Part shown: positions 1-11,452 of the stretch, in pieces
How positions within the stretch are numbered: the first letter of the stretch is position 1
Layout: each line of letters starts with the position of its first letter
From: Candidatus Levilactobacillus faecigallinarum
Lineage (GTDB): Bacteria; Bacillota; Bacilli; Lactobacillales; Lactobacillaceae
DNA: 64,000 nucleotides
Assembly (NCBI GenBank): GCA_019113985.1
Contig: DXGJ01000020.1
Location: forward strand, 9,030-73,029
Direction: 5' to 3'
The notes under the pieces: generated by a model
Database searches by the model: none
Seen by the model: the letters and a program-made list of their open reading frames with translations, nothing else
Told to the model about the DNA's origin: nothing
Position numbers and translations under genes: made by a program

Positions 1-80
1 GCCCAAAATCAGGTCTCAAAGATCGACCTTCGACTAAGCCGGCTAAAAACGCCGACTAAGACGAATTTCACCCCTGAGCC
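1..80 (-). repeat. Structured intergenic repeat, copy 1 (truncated by window edge)
   Basis: Reverse complement contains cttagtcggcgtttttagccggcttagtcgaaggtcgatctttgagacc, which aligns with the core of the copies at 391-477, 15056-15146 and 15720-15807. Confidence 0.6.
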
Positions 81-390
81 TATTTTTGCCACCCCTCCAG
101 CTAAGATAAATGATGACATCCTCGCATGGCAGTTAATCGCCAGTCCAAGTAAAAGCTTAGCCACTAAGGCTTCCGTCAAGTAAACTGGGTATTGCTATTT
201 TAAACAGCATAAAAATCAACAATATCTCCAGCCATTGCGGAATTAGTTGATGGGACGGTGATAACCTGACGCTCTACCGTTACCTGATGGGATAAACAAC
301 TGGCACTAATTGTCCTCCCCTTTGTCGTTCGTTTTCTATGAGTCAATTACGAGTTGAAGCACCGACAACTCATGACTGGTTATCGCTAAC

Positions 391-477
391 CTAAGCGGCG
401 TGGAGCCGGCTTAGGATAAGGCCGAGCTTTGAAGACCCGCGTTTTTTTGCGGGGCTTTAAAGTCGTGCCCACTACGG
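391..477 (+). repeat. Structured intergenic repeat, copy 2
   Basis: gccggcttaggataaggccgag...tcgtgcccactacgg is nearly identical to the ends of 15738-15807; two internal hairpins. Confidence 0.75.
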
Positions 478-605
478 TGACTCTTGTCCGGCGGGGCCGA
501 GCGCTGATAATCGCCGCAACTCACCACAGTGATACGGTACTGGCGGAGCCGAGCACTAACCACCACAACACTGATAAAAATAACCTCTTGAAAGAAGGTC
601 GCAGC

Positions 606-1436
606 ATGCTTCCTTTTAATTTACCCACGACGGCCATTCAGACCGTTGACACCCCGATTCCCGCGGACCAGAAGAACCTGGCCTTCGGCTACACCAACGC
701 CCTGCTGGACCTAGTTCCAACCCTGCAGGCGCCCATTCTTCACTTCTGGGAGATGCAACCAACCGTGATTCTGGGACTGAAAGATAAACGCCTCCCCGAT
801 TTGACCGCCGCCATCCAGCAGGTCCGGGCCCACGGCTACGATTGGGTCATGCGCAACTCCGGTGGCTTGGCCGTGGTGGCCGATCCCGGCATCTTAAACG
901 TTTCCTTATTCAGCCCCTTGATCACACCACCCATCAGCGTCGACAACGCCTACGAACAAATGATGGCACTGGTACGGGCCGCCTGGCCGGAGCTGACCAT
1001 CAAACACTTCGAGGTCACCCACTCCTATTGCCCGGGTGACTACGACCTAAGCGTCGACGGCCGTAAAATCGCCGGTATCTCCCAGCGCCGCAGTCCCCAC
1101 GCCCTGGTCACCATGTTGTACCTGAGCGTTGCTGGCGACCAAACGGCCCGGGGCCAGTTGATTCAGGACTTTTACCGAGCCGGACTGGCCGACCAGGAAA
1201 ACACCTGGGGGTTCCCCGACGTGGATCCCGCAACCATGACCACCACCGCCGAACTGCTCCACCAGTCCATGACCCTGGCCGATGCCAAGCAGCGCTTCTT
1301 AAACGCTTGTACGGACGCCGGTCTGACCGTGGGCCACGAGCAGCTGGATCACCTTTTAACGGAACCAGAATTTAACACGCGACTAGAGCATGCGACCGCA
1401 CAAATGGTGCGGCGGCAACCCCGGTTGAACTCATAA
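606..1436 (+). CDS. lipL: Lipoate-protein ligase family, LipL-type octanoyl/lipoyl amidotransferase
   Basis: RNSGGLAVVAD, SYCPGDYDLS (LipL Cys motif) and GRKIAGISQRR. ATG 606 follows gaagg; the upstream ORF extension runs through repeat DNA. Confidence 0.75.
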   Translation: MLPFNLPTTAIQTVDTPIPADQKNLAFGYTNALLDLVPTLQAPILHFWEMQPTVILGLKDKRLPDLTAAIQQVRAHGYDWVMRNSGGLAVVADPGILNVSLFSPLITPPISVDNAYEQMMALVRAAWPELTIKHFEVTHSYCPGDYDLSVDGRKIAGISQRRSPHALVTMLYLSVAGDQTARGQLIQDFYRAGLADQENTWGFPDVDPATMTTTAELLHQSMTLADAKQRFLNACTDAGLTVGHEQLDHLLTEPEFNTRLEHATAQMVRRQPRLNS

Positions 1437-1451
1437 AGGAGGCATCACGTT

Positions 1452-2816
1452 TTGTCCTATGCAACTGCACGTTTGCCACGGGAAAAGGTCCTGCGTGACC
1501 CCGTGCATAACTACATCTACGTTCAACATCAGGTCATCTTAGACCTGATCAACACCCGCGAGTTTCAGCGACTCCGGCGCATCAAACAACTCGGGACGGC
1601 CTCATTGGTCTTCCATGGTGCCGAACACACCCGCTTCGCCCACTGCTTAGGCGTCTACGAAATCACCCGGCAGATCTGTGACAACTTCCAACGCAACTAC
1701 CCGACCAAAACGCCGGGGGATGGCGGCTGGGACGATAACGAGCGACTGACCGCTATGTGTGCAGCGCTCCTGCACGACATCGGTCACGGCCCGTACTCCC
1801 ACACTTTCGAGCACATCTTCCACACCAACCACGAAGCCATCACCGTTGAGATCCTGACCTCACCCGAGACCGAGGTTAACCAGGTCCTGCGCAAGGTCAG
1901 CCCGACCTTCCCCACCGAGGTGGCCAGTGTCATCCAGAAGACTTACCCGAACCCCCAGGTGGTCCAGATGATCTCCAGCCAAATCGACGCCGACCGGATG
2001 GATTATCTCTTACGCGACGCCTACTTCACCGGGACCCAATACGGGACATTTGACCTGACCCGGATTCTGCGGGTCATGCGGCCCTATCAGGGCGGCATCG
2101 CCTTTGCCATGAACGGGATGCACGCGGTTGAAGACTATGTGATGAGTCGCTTTCAGATGTATCAGCAAGTCTATTTCCACCCGGTCTCCCGGGCCATGGA
2201 AGTCATCTTGGATCACTTGTTGGCACGGGCTAACGTCCTCTACCATAGCGGCCAGAGCGATGAAAGTTTCATCCCCCACCTGTTGCTGCCCTTCTTTAAC
2301 CACGAGTTCAACCTTCAGGATTACCTGTTCCTCGACGACGGCGTCCTGACCACCTACTTCACCCACTGGCGCCAATCACCGGACGACATCTTAGCTGACC
2401 TGGCCCACCGTTTTCTGGACCGCAAACCGCTCAAGAGCGCCGTCTATACCGACGACACCAAGCCATTGCTGGAGCCGCTACGCGAGATGATTCGCTCGGT
2501 GGGCTTCAACACCGACTACTACACCGCGACCGACAACAGTTATGACCTGCCGTACGACGATGCCTACGATCCCCGGGTCGCCCATCCGCTGACCCAGATT
2601 GAGATTCAACAGCCCGACGGCTCCTTACTCGAGCTCTCGACCCTGTCCGACATCATCAACGCGTTACGGGGTAAGTTCACCGGTGACCAGCGATTCTTCT
2701 TCCCCAAGGAGATGCTGAACCCCGGTGACGACACGCCGGAGCTGTTCCAGCCGACCTACGATAACTTCGCCCGGTACATCCAAAACAACCAACTTATTCA
2801 CCCAAAGGAGAGCTAA
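1452..2816 (+). CDS. HD-domain phosphohydrolase (YwfO/dNTP triphosphohydrolase-like)
   Basis: [50 protein letters not shown]; RBS aaggagg. Confidence 0.9.
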   Translation: MSYATARLPREKVLRDPVHNYIYVQHQVILDLINTREFQRLRRIKQLGTASLVFHGAEHTRFAHCLGVYEITRQICDNFQRNYPTKTPGDGGWDDNERLTAMCAALLHDIGHGPYSHTFEHIFHTNHEAITVEILTSPETEVNQVLRKVSPTFPTEVASVIQKTYPNPQVVQMISSQIDADRMDYLLRDAYFTGTQYGTFDLTRILRVMRPYQGGIAFAMNGMHAVEDYVMSRFQMYQQVYFHPVSRAMEVILDHLLARANVLYHSGQSDESFIPHLLLPFFNHEFNLQDYLFLDDGVLTTYFTHWRQSPDDILADLAHRFLDRKPLKSAVYTDDTKPLLEPLREMIRSVGFNTDYYTATDNSYDLPYDDAYDPRVAHPLTQIEIQQPDGSLLELSTLSDIINALRGKFTGDQRFFFPKEMLNPGDDTPELFQPTYDNFARYIQNNQLIHPKES

Positions 2817-2821
2817 TTTTC

Positions 2822-3631
2822 ATGACGATTAAACTGATTGCAATTGACATCGACGGCACCCTGCTCAACGAAAAAAACGAACTAGCACCCGCCACCATCA
2901 GCGCCATCCAGGACGCCAAGGCCCAGGGCATCAAGGTCGTGCTGTGCACTGGCCGTCCCCTGACCGGTGTGTCCCCCTACCTGAAGAAGCTCGGTCTGAG
3001 CGGTGATGACCAATACGCCATCACCTATAACGGCTCGGTCGCCCAGACGCTCTCTGGTAAGGTCCTGATCAACCACTCCCTGAGTAACGACGACTACATC
3101 GACCTGGAGGCCCTCTCGCGCAAGCTGAAGGTCCATTTCCAGATTGAAACGCCGGACTACATCTACACCGCCAACAAGGACATCAGTGCCTACACCATCT
3201 ATGAGAGCTACCTGGTCAGCATGTTGATTCGGTACCGTTCGACCGATGAGATGCCCCAGGACCTGACCATCTCGAAGGCCATGTTCGTGGACGACGCGGA
3301 CAAGATTACGGCTGCTTGGCAGGCCATGCCTCAAGCCTTTAAGGACAAGTTCTACGTGGTCCAGAGCATGCCGTTCTTCATCGAGGTCATGAACAAACAA
3401 GCCAGCAAGGGCAACGCCTTGAGCGAACTAGCCGACCAATTGGGCTTCACGGCCGACGACATCATGACCCTGGGCGACCAGGGCAACGACCTGACCATGA
3501 TTGAATACGCCGGCTTGGGGGTTGCTATGGGCAACGCCATCGACGAAGTCAAAGCGGCTGCCAATGCAGTCACCCTGACCAACGCCGAAGACGGGGTCGC
3601 CGCCGCTATCCGTAAGTACGCGTTAGCTTAA
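2822..3631 (+). CDS. Cof-type HAD-IIB sugar phosphatase (YidA-like)
   Basis: [31 protein letters not shown] motifs. Confidence 0.92.
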   Translation: MTIKLIAIDIDGTLLNEKNELAPATISAIQDAKAQGIKVVLCTGRPLTGVSPYLKKLGLSGDDQYAITYNGSVAQTLSGKVLINHSLSNDDYIDLEALSRKLKVHFQIETPDYIYTANKDISAYTIYESYLVSMLIRYRSTDEMPQDLTISKAMFVDDADKITAAWQAMPQAFKDKFYVVQSMPFFIEVMNKQASKGNALSELADQLGFTADDIMTLGDQGNDLTMIEYAGLGVAMGNAIDEVKAAANAVTLTNAEDGVAAAIRKYALA

Positions 3632-3645
3632 CCCCAATCAGCAAT

Positions 3646-3686
3646 AAAATGAGCGCCTGGGAAAAATTCCCACGGCGCTCATTTTT
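3646..3686. terminator. Bidirectional intrinsic terminator
   Basis: aaaatgagcgcc-loop-ggcgctcattttt between convergent genes. Confidence 0.8.
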
Positions 3687-4299
3687 AGTTCAGATTCAGA
3701 TAGCTTTCACCCCGGTAGAACTGCCCCGGTGTGACGGTTCGGATGTGAAACAAGACCCGTCCGACCCGCTTAACTGGTTTTTTCGAGTGCAACAAGAGTT
3801 CAAACTTCTCGGACTTGCCATGCCGTAACCCGTTGTCGGTGTAGTCTTCGTGATTCACGATGGTACTCAGCATCTGAGGACTCTTGCTAGTCCCCGGCGA
3901 GAAAACAAAGTTCAGGGATGTGTCCTTGAGTACCACGACGTTGCGATTGGTGACGCCGTTGATGCTGTAGCGGCCAAACCGAAACTCGCCGTGCTTACTA
4001 CGGTTAGTTGCGGTACCGGTCACCTTCATCCAGGTCCGGTAACGCGACTGCTTTTTCGCGACCTGATAGACATAAACGTGGCGCATCTTGAGCTGGTAAT
4101 CCTGGTCGAAGGTAAAGGTCTGCTTGAAGTCATACCGTTTTTTGCTGGTGTAGACCTTATGCTGCTTCTTCGCATTATCCTGATAAACGTTGAAATACTG
4201 CTGGTTAGCCTGGGCGACGTGTGGTGCCCCCATCAGACTCGCGGCCACGGTTCCTAGAATCAGGCCGAGTTGCCAAGGTGATTTCAGCACAATGATCAC
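3685..4299 (-). CDS. Secreted basic hypothetical protein
   Basis: Hydrophobic N-terminus ending VAQA (signal peptidase site); Lys/Arg-rich mature part; a shorter GTG start after aaggaa is possible. Confidence 0.7.
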   Translation of the reverse strand: MIIVLKSPWQLGLILGTVAASLMGAPHVAQANQQYFNVYQDNAKKQHKVYTSKKRYDFKQTFTFDQDYQLKMRHVYVYQVAKKQSRYRTWMKVTGTATNRSKHGEFRFGRYSINGVTNRNVVVLKDTSLNFVFSPGTSKSPQMLSTIVNHEDYTDNGLRHGKSEKFELLLHSKKPVKRVGRVLFHIRTVTPGQFYRGESYLNLN

Positions 4300-4436
4300 T
4301 TCCTTATGGGTGCATTGTACACAATCAAGTTAGTCCTGTAAATGCTTTCGCCCAGCCCAGCTGCCTGGGTAAACCGTTACGAAATCGACCAGCACAAGCT
4401 AAAACGGCACCCGAAAAAAATCGGCTGCCGTTTTTT

Positions 4437-4823
4437 CTAAACTGTCGGTGCCGTTGCGGGGCGGGCCACCTTCTCGTGCAGGTAACCCCGCCAGACCCAG
4501 CCGCTGCGGTGGCCGTGACGTTCGCGGACGTGATAATAGATCGCAGCCTTTTTGGTGTAGCGGTCATAGACCTTCTCGTGAGCGTCGCTGATCCAGGCGA
4601 CGCGCTTGGCGTCACGCTTCGGCGCATACCGGACGCGCAGGTGCCGCGAATACCGAGCATCGCGCTTAAGATGGTACACGTGTGAGCGCATCGGCTGGCG
4701 CCAGACCACTTTCACCGAGGTCGCTCGCCGCGCCGAATACTGGTCAGCTGCGGCGGTTGACATGGTCAGGCCGACCCCAGCGACCAGCAGAACCACCAAT
4801 AACCCAAGCTTCACTGTTTTCAT
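4437..4823 (-). CDS. Small secreted cationic protein with a cell-surface-anchor-like (SH3-like) domain
   Basis: Signal peptide (...STAAA); YYHV...SGWVWRGYL resembles lactobacillar surface-protein anchor repeats; RBS gggagg. Confidence 0.7.
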   Translation of the reverse strand: MKTVKLGLLVVLLVAGVGLTMSTAAADQYSARRATSVKVVWRQPMRSHVYHLKRDARYSRHLRVRYAPKRDAKRVAWISDAHEKVYDRYTKKAAIYYHVRERHGHRSGWVWRGYLHEKVARPATAPTV

Positions 4824-5025
4824 GACCCAAATCCTCCCACTCCTAAAAAATTCCCCCGAATTGTCTTGAGTCTACCACGATTACCGGTCTAGCCCAAGAT
4901 AGAACTTCTCACGCGAAGTGGCTTCAACCGTTACCTGATAAAGCATCCCAACAATTCTTAAGTTGTGGTTAATCCTGCTGACGAAAAACGACACCACCCG
5001 CTCATGGGGTGATGCCATTTATCCA

Positions 5026-5379
5026 TTACAGTGATGTCAAAATAATCCCAACCACGATCAGTCCCAGACCGGCCAACAGGCTGAATCGGGCACCCGGGGT
5101 AACCCGAATCGGCGAGTTCTTGACCGAGGCCACGTGGCGCACGCCAACCTTTTCACCGGGCAAGGGGTCCATCCCCTTACGGCGCCGGTGCCGCCAGCCG
5201 GTGAAAAGGTGCCCGCGAGCCAGCACCAGAATGGCGCCCACGACAACTAGCAGTAGACCAACCATGAACAGCAGGTTCCCACTGACCATCAGGGGTTGCC
5301 CCAGCACGTGCATGACCAGGGCGACCAGTACCCCAAGTCCGATGACGCCGGTCCCCCAGCGTTGCCAATTTTTTTGCAT
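5026..5379 (-). CDS. Small membrane protein (DUF3899-like)
   Basis: Three hydrophobic helices around a basic loop (GHLFTGWRHRRRK). Confidence 0.7.
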   Translation of the reverse strand: MQKNWQRWGTGVIGLGVLVALVMHVLGQPLMVSGNLLFMVGLLLVVVGAILVLARGHLFTGWRHRRRKGMDPLPGEKVGVRHVASVKNSPIRVTPGARFSLLAGLGLIVVGIILTSL

Positions 5380-5529
5380 TGTCGTGAAACTCCCTTCATA
5401 ACGCTCCGTGTTTGAATACAGACTACTTTACCAGATTTCGTCGGATTGTGGTAGTCACGGCTCACCCGCCCGCACCAACAAAAAAACTGAGCCAGCCCAG
5501 CGGCCAACTCAGTCTTGCATGCGAAATGG

Positions 5530-6510
5530 TTATTGTTCCGTCGAACGGAACCGGTTATGGAACAACGGACTGACCGGACGGTTTTCGTTGATTCGCTTGA
5601 TGGCTTGGCCAATCAGCGGACCCACGGAAATCTGTTCGACCTTGTCGATTTGCTTGTCGGCCGTCAGTTGAATCGAATCCGTTACCACCAACTTCTTGAT
5701 TGGTGACTTCTTGATTCGTTCAATGGCTGGACCGGACAGCACTGGATGGGTACAACTAGCGTAAACCTCAAGTGCGCCCGCATCCATCAGAGCTTGGGAG
5801 CCCAACGTAATGGTCCCGGCGGTATCAATCATGTCATCAATCATGATGCACCGTTTGCCCTTGATGTCCCCAATGATATTCATGATTTCGGCAACGTTGG
5901 CCCGTGGCCGCCGCTTGTCGATAATCGCAATTGGCGCCTTCAGGAATTCAGCCAACGCCCGTGCCCGGGTCACCCCACCATGGTCGGGTGAAACCACCAC
6001 AGCATTTTCGGCTAAGCCACTCCGTAAGAAGTAGTCCGCCAATAAAGGTGCACCCATTAAGTGGTCAACCGGCACATCGAAGAATCCTTGAATTTGTGCG
6101 GCGTGCAGGTCCAAGGCAAGGACCCGCGTAACGCCAGCCGTCTGCAGCATATTCGCGACTAACTTAGCCGTAATGGGTTCACGCGAACGGGCCTTTCGGT
6201 CTTGTCGGGCGTACCCGTAGTAAGGAATGACCACGTTGATGGTGGCGGCACTAGCCCGTCGTAAGGCATCGATCATGATCAGGAGTTCCATCAAGTTGTC
6301 GTTGACTGGTGCTGACGTGGATTGAATCACGTAAACGTGGCAACCCCGAACACTCTGTTCGATGTTGATCCGAATTTCACCGTCACTGAAGCGGTCCACC
6401 GAAGTCTTTCCTAATTCTACACCAACTTCATCAGCAATCTTCTGCGCCAATGGTTTGTTCGAATTTAACGCAAAGATCTTTAACTTAGGATCGAAATATT
6501 GCGTAGTCAT
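5530..6510 (-). CDS. prs: Ribose-phosphate pyrophosphokinase
   Basis: [44 protein letters not shown]; follows glmU. Confidence 0.97.
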   Translation of the reverse strand: MTTQYFDPKLKIFALNSNKPLAQKIADEVGVELGKTSVDRFSDGEIRINIEQSVRGCHVYVIQSTSAPVNDNLMELLIMIDALRRASAATINVVIPYYGYARQDRKARSREPITAKLVANMLQTAGVTRVLALDLHAAQIQGFFDVPVDHLMGAPLLADYFLRSGLAENAVVVSPDHGGVTRARALAEFLKAPIAIIDKRRPRANVAEIMNIIGDIKGKRCIMIDDMIDTAGTITLGSQALMDAGALEVYASCTHPVLSGPAIERIKKSPIKKLVVTDSIQLTADKQIDKVEQISVGPLIGQAIKRINENRPVSPLFHNRFRSTEQ

Positions 6511-6591
6511 AATTTCCTCCAATAGCAAATAGCTGTCTAAATCACTACCATAATTCTATGTTATCCCACCGGGAAACACAAGATTTTCTCT

Positions 6592-7971
6592 CTATTCTTC
6601 CCCGCGGTATGGGAGCTTCTGATAGTAGTTCGGTTTATTGGTCTGGCGTTGCCGAGCAATCGCCATGTCATACTGGTTCACAGCATCCGTAATCGTGGAC
6701 CCCGCAGCGATGAAGCTGTGGTCCGCCACGTCGAGAGGCGCAACCAGGTTTGAGTTCGACCCAATAAAGGCATCGTCGCCAACCACCGTCTCATGCTTGT
6801 TTTGGCCGTCGTAGTTAACGAAGACGACCCCACAGCCCACGTTGATGTGCTTGCCGAGCTTGGCGTTCCCCACGTAGGTCAGATGCCCCACCTTGGTGCC
6901 TTCACCAATTGTCGCCTTCTTGACTTCGACGAAGTTCCCCAGGTGGACCTTAGGCCCGATGTGGGATTCTGGCCGCAAGTGACTGTTGGGACCGATGTTC
7001 GAGCCGGAATCCATGGTGGAATCTTCCAGAACGGAAGAGGTGACCGTCACGTGATCCGCTAACGTTGAGTCGCGAATCTCGGAGTGGGCGCCGATGTAGC
7101 AATCCTCGCCAATCACCGTGTGGCCCTTGAGTTGTACACCGGGTTCGATGATGGTATCGGCCCCGACCTTAACGTCGGCGTCGATGTAGGTGGTCTCAGG
7201 GTCGACCAGGGTAACCCCGTCGCGCATGTGTTGCCGGTTGATCCGGTCACGCATGACCTTGGTGGCCACGGATAAGGCCACCCGGTCGTTGACACCCATG
7301 GACTCGTCGAAGTCCTTCATCCGGTAGGCCCCGACGATGTCACCCTGATGCTTCAAGATTTCAATGACGTCGGTGAGGTAGTATTCCCCCTGCGCGTTGT
7401 CGTTGGAGATTTCGTGTAAGGCCTGGAAGAGCTTGTGGTTGTCGAAAACGTAGACCCCGGTGTTGATTTCGTGGATTTCTTGTTCCTCGGAACTAGCATC
7501 CTTTTGTTCGACGATCTTTTCGACGATGCCAATGTTGTTCCGGACGATCCGACCATAACCGGTTGGGTCCGGTGCCATCGACGTCAAAATCGTTGCAGCG
7601 GCGTGCTTCGCTTCGTGATAGGCAAAAAGGTCTTCGAAGGTCTCCGCCCGAAACAGTGGCGTATCACCACTGACAATCAGAGTGGTCCCGTCTTCGTCCT
7701 TCAGCAACGGTTCCGTCTGTAAAACCGCGTGGCCGGTCCCCAGTTGCTTCGCCTGTAAGACGTACTGGGTCCGCGTGCCCAAGGTCGCCTTGACGTCATC
7801 AGCACCGTAGCCGACGACCGTCACGACCTTGTCCATGTGGGTCTGTTCGACCTGGGTCAACACGTGATCGACCATGGCCTTCCCACAAACGCGATGCAAC
7901 ACCTTATATAACTTCGACTTCATCCGAGTTCCCTTACCGGCAGCTAGAATGATGGTATTTCTAGTACTCAT
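6592..7971 (-). CDS. glmU: Bifunctional UDP-GlcNAc pyrophosphorylase/glucosamine-1-phosphate N-acetyltransferase
   Basis: [26 protein letters not shown], hexapeptide repeats, NYDG. Confidence 0.97.
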   Translation of the reverse strand: MSTRNTIILAAGKGTRMKSKLYKVLHRVCGKAMVDHVLTQVEQTHMDKVVTVVGYGADDVKATLGTRTQYVLQAKQLGTGHAVLQTEPLLKDEDGTTLIVSGDTPLFRAETFEDLFAYHEAKHAAATILTSMAPDPTGYGRIVRNNIGIVEKIVEQKDASSEEQEIHEINTGVYVFDNHKLFQALHEISNDNAQGEYYLTDVIEILKHQGDIVGAYRMKDFDESMGVNDRVALSVATKVMRDRINRQHMRDGVTLVDPETTYIDADVKVGADTIIEPGVQLKGHTVIGEDCYIGAHSEIRDSTLADHVTVTSSVLEDSTMDSGSNIGPNSHLRPESHIGPKVHLGNFVEVKKATIGEGTKVGHLTYVGNAKLGKHINVGCGVVFVNYDGQNKHETVVGDDAFIGSNSNLVAPLDVADHSFIAAGSTITDAVNQYDMAIARQRQTNKPNYYQKLPYRGEE

Positions 7972-7990
7972 ACGGATATCTCCTAATTAT

Positions 7991-8842
7991 TTAATTATTA
8001 AGTTGATTATTGCCTTCACCGAAGATCTGCGTCAGGTAATTCCCCGGCGTCACGCGAATCTTTTCATCCGCAGTTTGGACCTTCAGGAGGGACGTGTACT
8101 TGCTAACGGTCCGTTGTCCGTCAAAATCGCCCTCGGCAAAGACAGCGACCCCGGCCAGTTGTGAATCAAACTCGTCGACTAACGAGCGCAGGCCCCCAAC
8201 GGTCCCGCCACCCTTCATGTAGTCATCAACGATCAGGACCCGCGAACCGGGCTTGACGCTCCGCTTGGATAGCGCCATCCGCTCGATGCGCTTGGTCGAC
8301 CCCGACACATAGTTCACGCTGACCGTGGAGCCTTCCGTAATCTGCGAGTCGTGTCGCACAATCACGAACGGAACGTTCAGATAGTTGGCAACGGCTTGGG
8401 CCAACGGGATTCCCTTGGTCGCCACCGTCACCACCACGTCGACCGTTTGGTTCAGGTACTGGGTCGCCAAGATTCGGCCAATCTGCCGTAACGCGGCTGG
8501 CCGTCCCAAGATATCAGACATGTAGACGTAGCCCCCCGGCAAATACCGGTCGGCAGCAGATAATTCATCGATCATCTCGTCCACAAACGTTTCGGCCTCT
8601 TCCCGTAGGATGTACGGGATGAACCGGGCACCACCGGCAGCGCCGGGTACCGTTTCTAACAGGCCGGTTCCCCGTGCCTGAAAGGTTCGCTTGAGAATCG
8701 TCAGATCTTCACTGATAGAGGACTTGGCGGATTCGTAACGGGCCGCAAAGAACGTCAAGGATACCAGTTGATGCGGGCGTTCCATTAAGTAGCGGGTCAT
8801 ATCGACCAGCCGGTCACTTCTTCTGACTTTCAACCTATTCAC
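7991..8842 (-). CDS. purR: Pur operon repressor (Bacillus-type)
   Basis: AKSSISEDL, GAAGG, VATKGIPLA, LIVDDYMKGGGT; purR-glmU-prs synteny. Confidence 0.95.
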   Translation of the reverse strand: MNRLKVRRSDRLVDMTRYLMERPHQLVSLTFFAARYESAKSSISEDLTILKRTFQARGTGLLETVPGAAGGARFIPYILREEAETFVDEMIDELSAADRYLPGGYVYMSDILGRPAALRQIGRILATQYLNQTVDVVVTVATKGIPLAQAVANYLNVPFVIVRHDSQITEGSTVSVNYVSGSTKRIERMALSKRSVKPGSRVLIVDDYMKGGGTVGGLRSLVDEFDSQLAGVAVFAEGDFDGQRTVSKYTSLLKVQTADEKIRVTPGNYLTQIFGEGNNQLNN

Positions 8843-8877
8843 CTCAATTGCTTTCTTTAGGACTAATTGTATGCTTC

Positions 8878-8903
8878 ATTTTAGCATAAATGTTCGGGTT
8901 TTT
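8878..8903 (-). promoter_or_regulatory. purR promoter: extended -10 with adjacent PurBox-like site
   Basis: Minus strand AAACCCGAACATT resembles the PurBox (AWWWCCGAACWWT) and is followed by TGCTAAAAT. Confidence 0.55.
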
Positions 8904-9303
8904 CGTGGTATTTCCGTGAGAATTCAAAATTTGTCAGGGTAAATCCAGATGCTGTGCGGGATTCGTTCCCAAAACGTTCCAGTTTGGTAGCGCTTGCGAT
9001 AATCATCTCGCTAATCCCGTAATTGCTAAGTTTTCGATGAATCGCCTCAAGCCCTATCCAGACCGTTTTCTGGGGAAATCGACCACCCGCAGCTAAGTTT
9101 AACAGGATTCACGACTATTTTTTCAAATAATCACCCGAAACCCGTGAAAAAGGTCTCCCGGTCCGGACCAATCCCCAGGATTTATCAAATCATTTCCCTA
9201 AAAGGGCGTTTCCCCGGCCTATCACGAACGTTCATTTTTCGCCACAAGACCGCAAAAAGCGCGTCGCCGCGAACAAATCCGCAGTGGCACGCTTTTGAAA
9301 CGT

Positions 9304-11067
9304 TTATAAATTATCACCCTTGGCCCGTAACAACTCACCCAATGATGGCTGTTGCTTCCGGTCAATGTGGTTCTTCTTGGCGTAGGCGTCAACCGCTTCT
9401 TGACCATACAACTTCGGATCAAGGGGCATGAAGGCCGTCTCAATCGGATCGTCGTCCTTGATAACCGCGTTGACCACGATTGGCTTGGTGTTGCCCTTGG
9501 CTTGCAGGTCCTTGATGTGGTTAAAGGCATTCTCCACGTCAACCTTGTTGGCAACCGTGAAGCCAATGGCCCCCAGGCCTTCACCAACCTTAGCCCAATC
9601 GGCACCGGTCAGGTCGACCCCATAGAGGTGTTGGCCGCTAGTCACCTGCTCGTTGTAGATGAAGCCAAACCGGTTGTTGCTAAAAACCACGTTGATAACT
9701 GGCAACTGGTAACGGGCTTCCGTAATAATGTCGGGAGCGACCATTGCGAAGCCACCGTCACCGGAGAAGGACCAGGCTTGAGCGCCCTTATCGGCATCCA
9801 AAGCCCCGGCTAACCCGGCTGGCAAGCCATAACCCATGGTGGCAAACAAGCCAGATAAAGCGAACCGTTGCTGCTGATCCATTGGTAATCCCCGGACGGA
9901 CCACTCGGAAACGTTCCCGGTGTCAACCCCGTAGATATCCTTTGGGCCGACCATAGAGGCAACTTTCCGCATCACGGTCTCAGGTGCCAGACCATCGCTG
10001 TCATCTTGTGCCAGCTGCGCCAACCAAGCGTCCCAGTTTTGCTTGTTTTGGCGGTTAGCCTTGAGCCATTCAGTCTCTGGTAAAGTTTCCCCAGTCGCAA
10101 TCATGGCTTGCAGGTACTGCTTAGCATCGCCTAAGACGGCGTAGTCAACGGGTACCATTTTCCCAATATCGAAGGAATTGTTGTTAACCTGAATAATCTT
10201 AATATTCTTTGGCCAGAACTGGGCGAATGGGAACTCGGACCCCAGGAAGAGAATTAAGTCGGTGTGTTGTAAGGCCTCAAATCCAGACTTCGAGCCTAGC
10301 CGGCCGAACGTCCCAATGGCGTTGGGATGATTGGTTGGAATCACACCGGTCGCAGGTACCGTGTTGAGGACGGGAATGTTGAACTGTTCACTGAACTTGA
10401 CCAGTTCATCGCGGGCCCCCAGTAAGCCCCGCCCAGCGTAGACCAGCGGATGCTTAGCGGCCTTCAGTAGCTTCAACGTTTCTTGAATCGCAGCCGGGTC
10501 AATGACTTGCTTGAAACTATCGGAAACCACATTTGGCGTCTTGACGGGTTCGTAATCGATTTCTTGCGTGGATAAGTCTTCGGGGATAATCACAACGGCG
10601 GGACCGTTCTGACGGTAGGCTTCCCGAATCGCTTGATTGACCACGTATGGCAACTGATCAGCCGTGGTTGCGGTGCGGTTATACACGGCAACGTCACTGA
10701 ACATTGGTGTCTCGTCCATTTCTTGGAAGTAATTGGTGTTCATCGCGGTCTGTGGGACCTGACCCACTAACGCTAAGACGGGCACGTGGTCCATCTTGGC
10801 ATCGTACAGACCATTGAACAAGTGGGTGGCGCCGGGACCAGCGGATCCAAAGGAAACGCCAATCTTACCGGTATATTTAGCATCGGCACTCGCAGCTAAC
10901 GCACCAACTTCTTCGTGGCGCACCTGGATGTACTTAATGTTTTCCTTTTCCAGGTAAAGGCCTTCAACGGTATGGTTGATTGAACCTCCCGGAATCCCAT
11001 AAACGTGGTCAACGCCCCAGGCTTCTAAAACTTTAATTAATGCTTGTCCAGCAATCATCTTAGTCAT
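9304..11067 (-). CDS. pox: Pyruvate oxidase (TPP/FAD)
   Basis: YGIPGGSIN, VRHEEVGALAA, SGLFATMGYGLP, GDGGFAM...NN TPP motif. Confidence 0.92.
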   Translation of the reverse strand: MTKMIAGQALIKVLEAWGVDHVYGIPGGSINHTVEGLYLEKENIKYIQVRHEEVGALAASADAKYTGKIGVSFGSAGPGATHLFNGLYDAKMDHVPVLALVGQVPQTAMNTNYFQEMDETPMFSDVAVYNRTATTADQLPYVVNQAIREAYRQNGPAVVIIPEDLSTQEIDYEPVKTPNVVSDSFKQVIDPAAIQETLKLLKAAKHPLVYAGRGLLGARDELVKFSEQFNIPVLNTVPATGVIPTNHPNAIGTFGRLGSKSGFEALQHTDLILFLGSEFPFAQFWPKNIKIIQVNNNSFDIGKMVPVDYAVLGDAKQYLQAMIATGETLPETEWLKANRQNKQNWDAWLAQLAQDDSDGLAPETVMRKVASMVGPKDIYGVDTGNVSEWSVRGLPMDQQQRFALSGLFATMGYGLPAGLAGALDADKGAQAWSFSGDGGFAMVAPDIITEARYQLPVINVVFSNNRFGFIYNEQVTSGQHLYGVDLTGADWAKVGEGLGAIGFTVANKVDVENAFNHIKDLQAKGNTKPIVVNAVIKDDDPIETAFMPLDPKLYGQEAVDAYAKKNHIDRKQQPSLGELLRAKGDNL

Positions 11068-11201
11068 TTTGAATCGCACTCCTTAGCATGTAGTGCCGTC
11101 ATACCGGCGCCCAATTGATTTAACAAGAGTCATCATAGTCCTCTTTCACGGAATGTTCCAGTACTTTCACTTACTTTTTATTAGTGGATATTTTCACATA
11201 C

Positions 11202-11215
11202 CGGAAACGGTTTCA
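11202..11215 (-). promoter_or_regulatory. cre (CcpA) site upstream of pox
   Basis: Minus strand TGAAACCGTTTCCG is close to the cre consensus TGWAANCGNTNWCA. Confidence 0.6.
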
Positions 11216-11452
11216 TTTGTGAACCGCAAGATGGCGACAGACCGGTGGTTGAGACTCGTATTCGTGAAGAACTTTTTATAGTCGTCCCCCACCGTTCCCC
11301 ATGGCATCACGCGTACAAAAAAATCCCGCGACCCAGGCAAACTGACAAGCACCCCTAAAAAGGGAGCTCATCAATTGCTAGGCCAACGGGATGTCGGTCA
11401 TTTTTATGATTAATCACTGTGGCAACGACGGTGCAGCGTACTTTAGATTCCT

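Noticed and set aside
429-605. N-terminal extension of the lipL ORF
   Set aside because: Runs through the repeat element; ATG 606 has a plausible RBS and gives a family-typical length.
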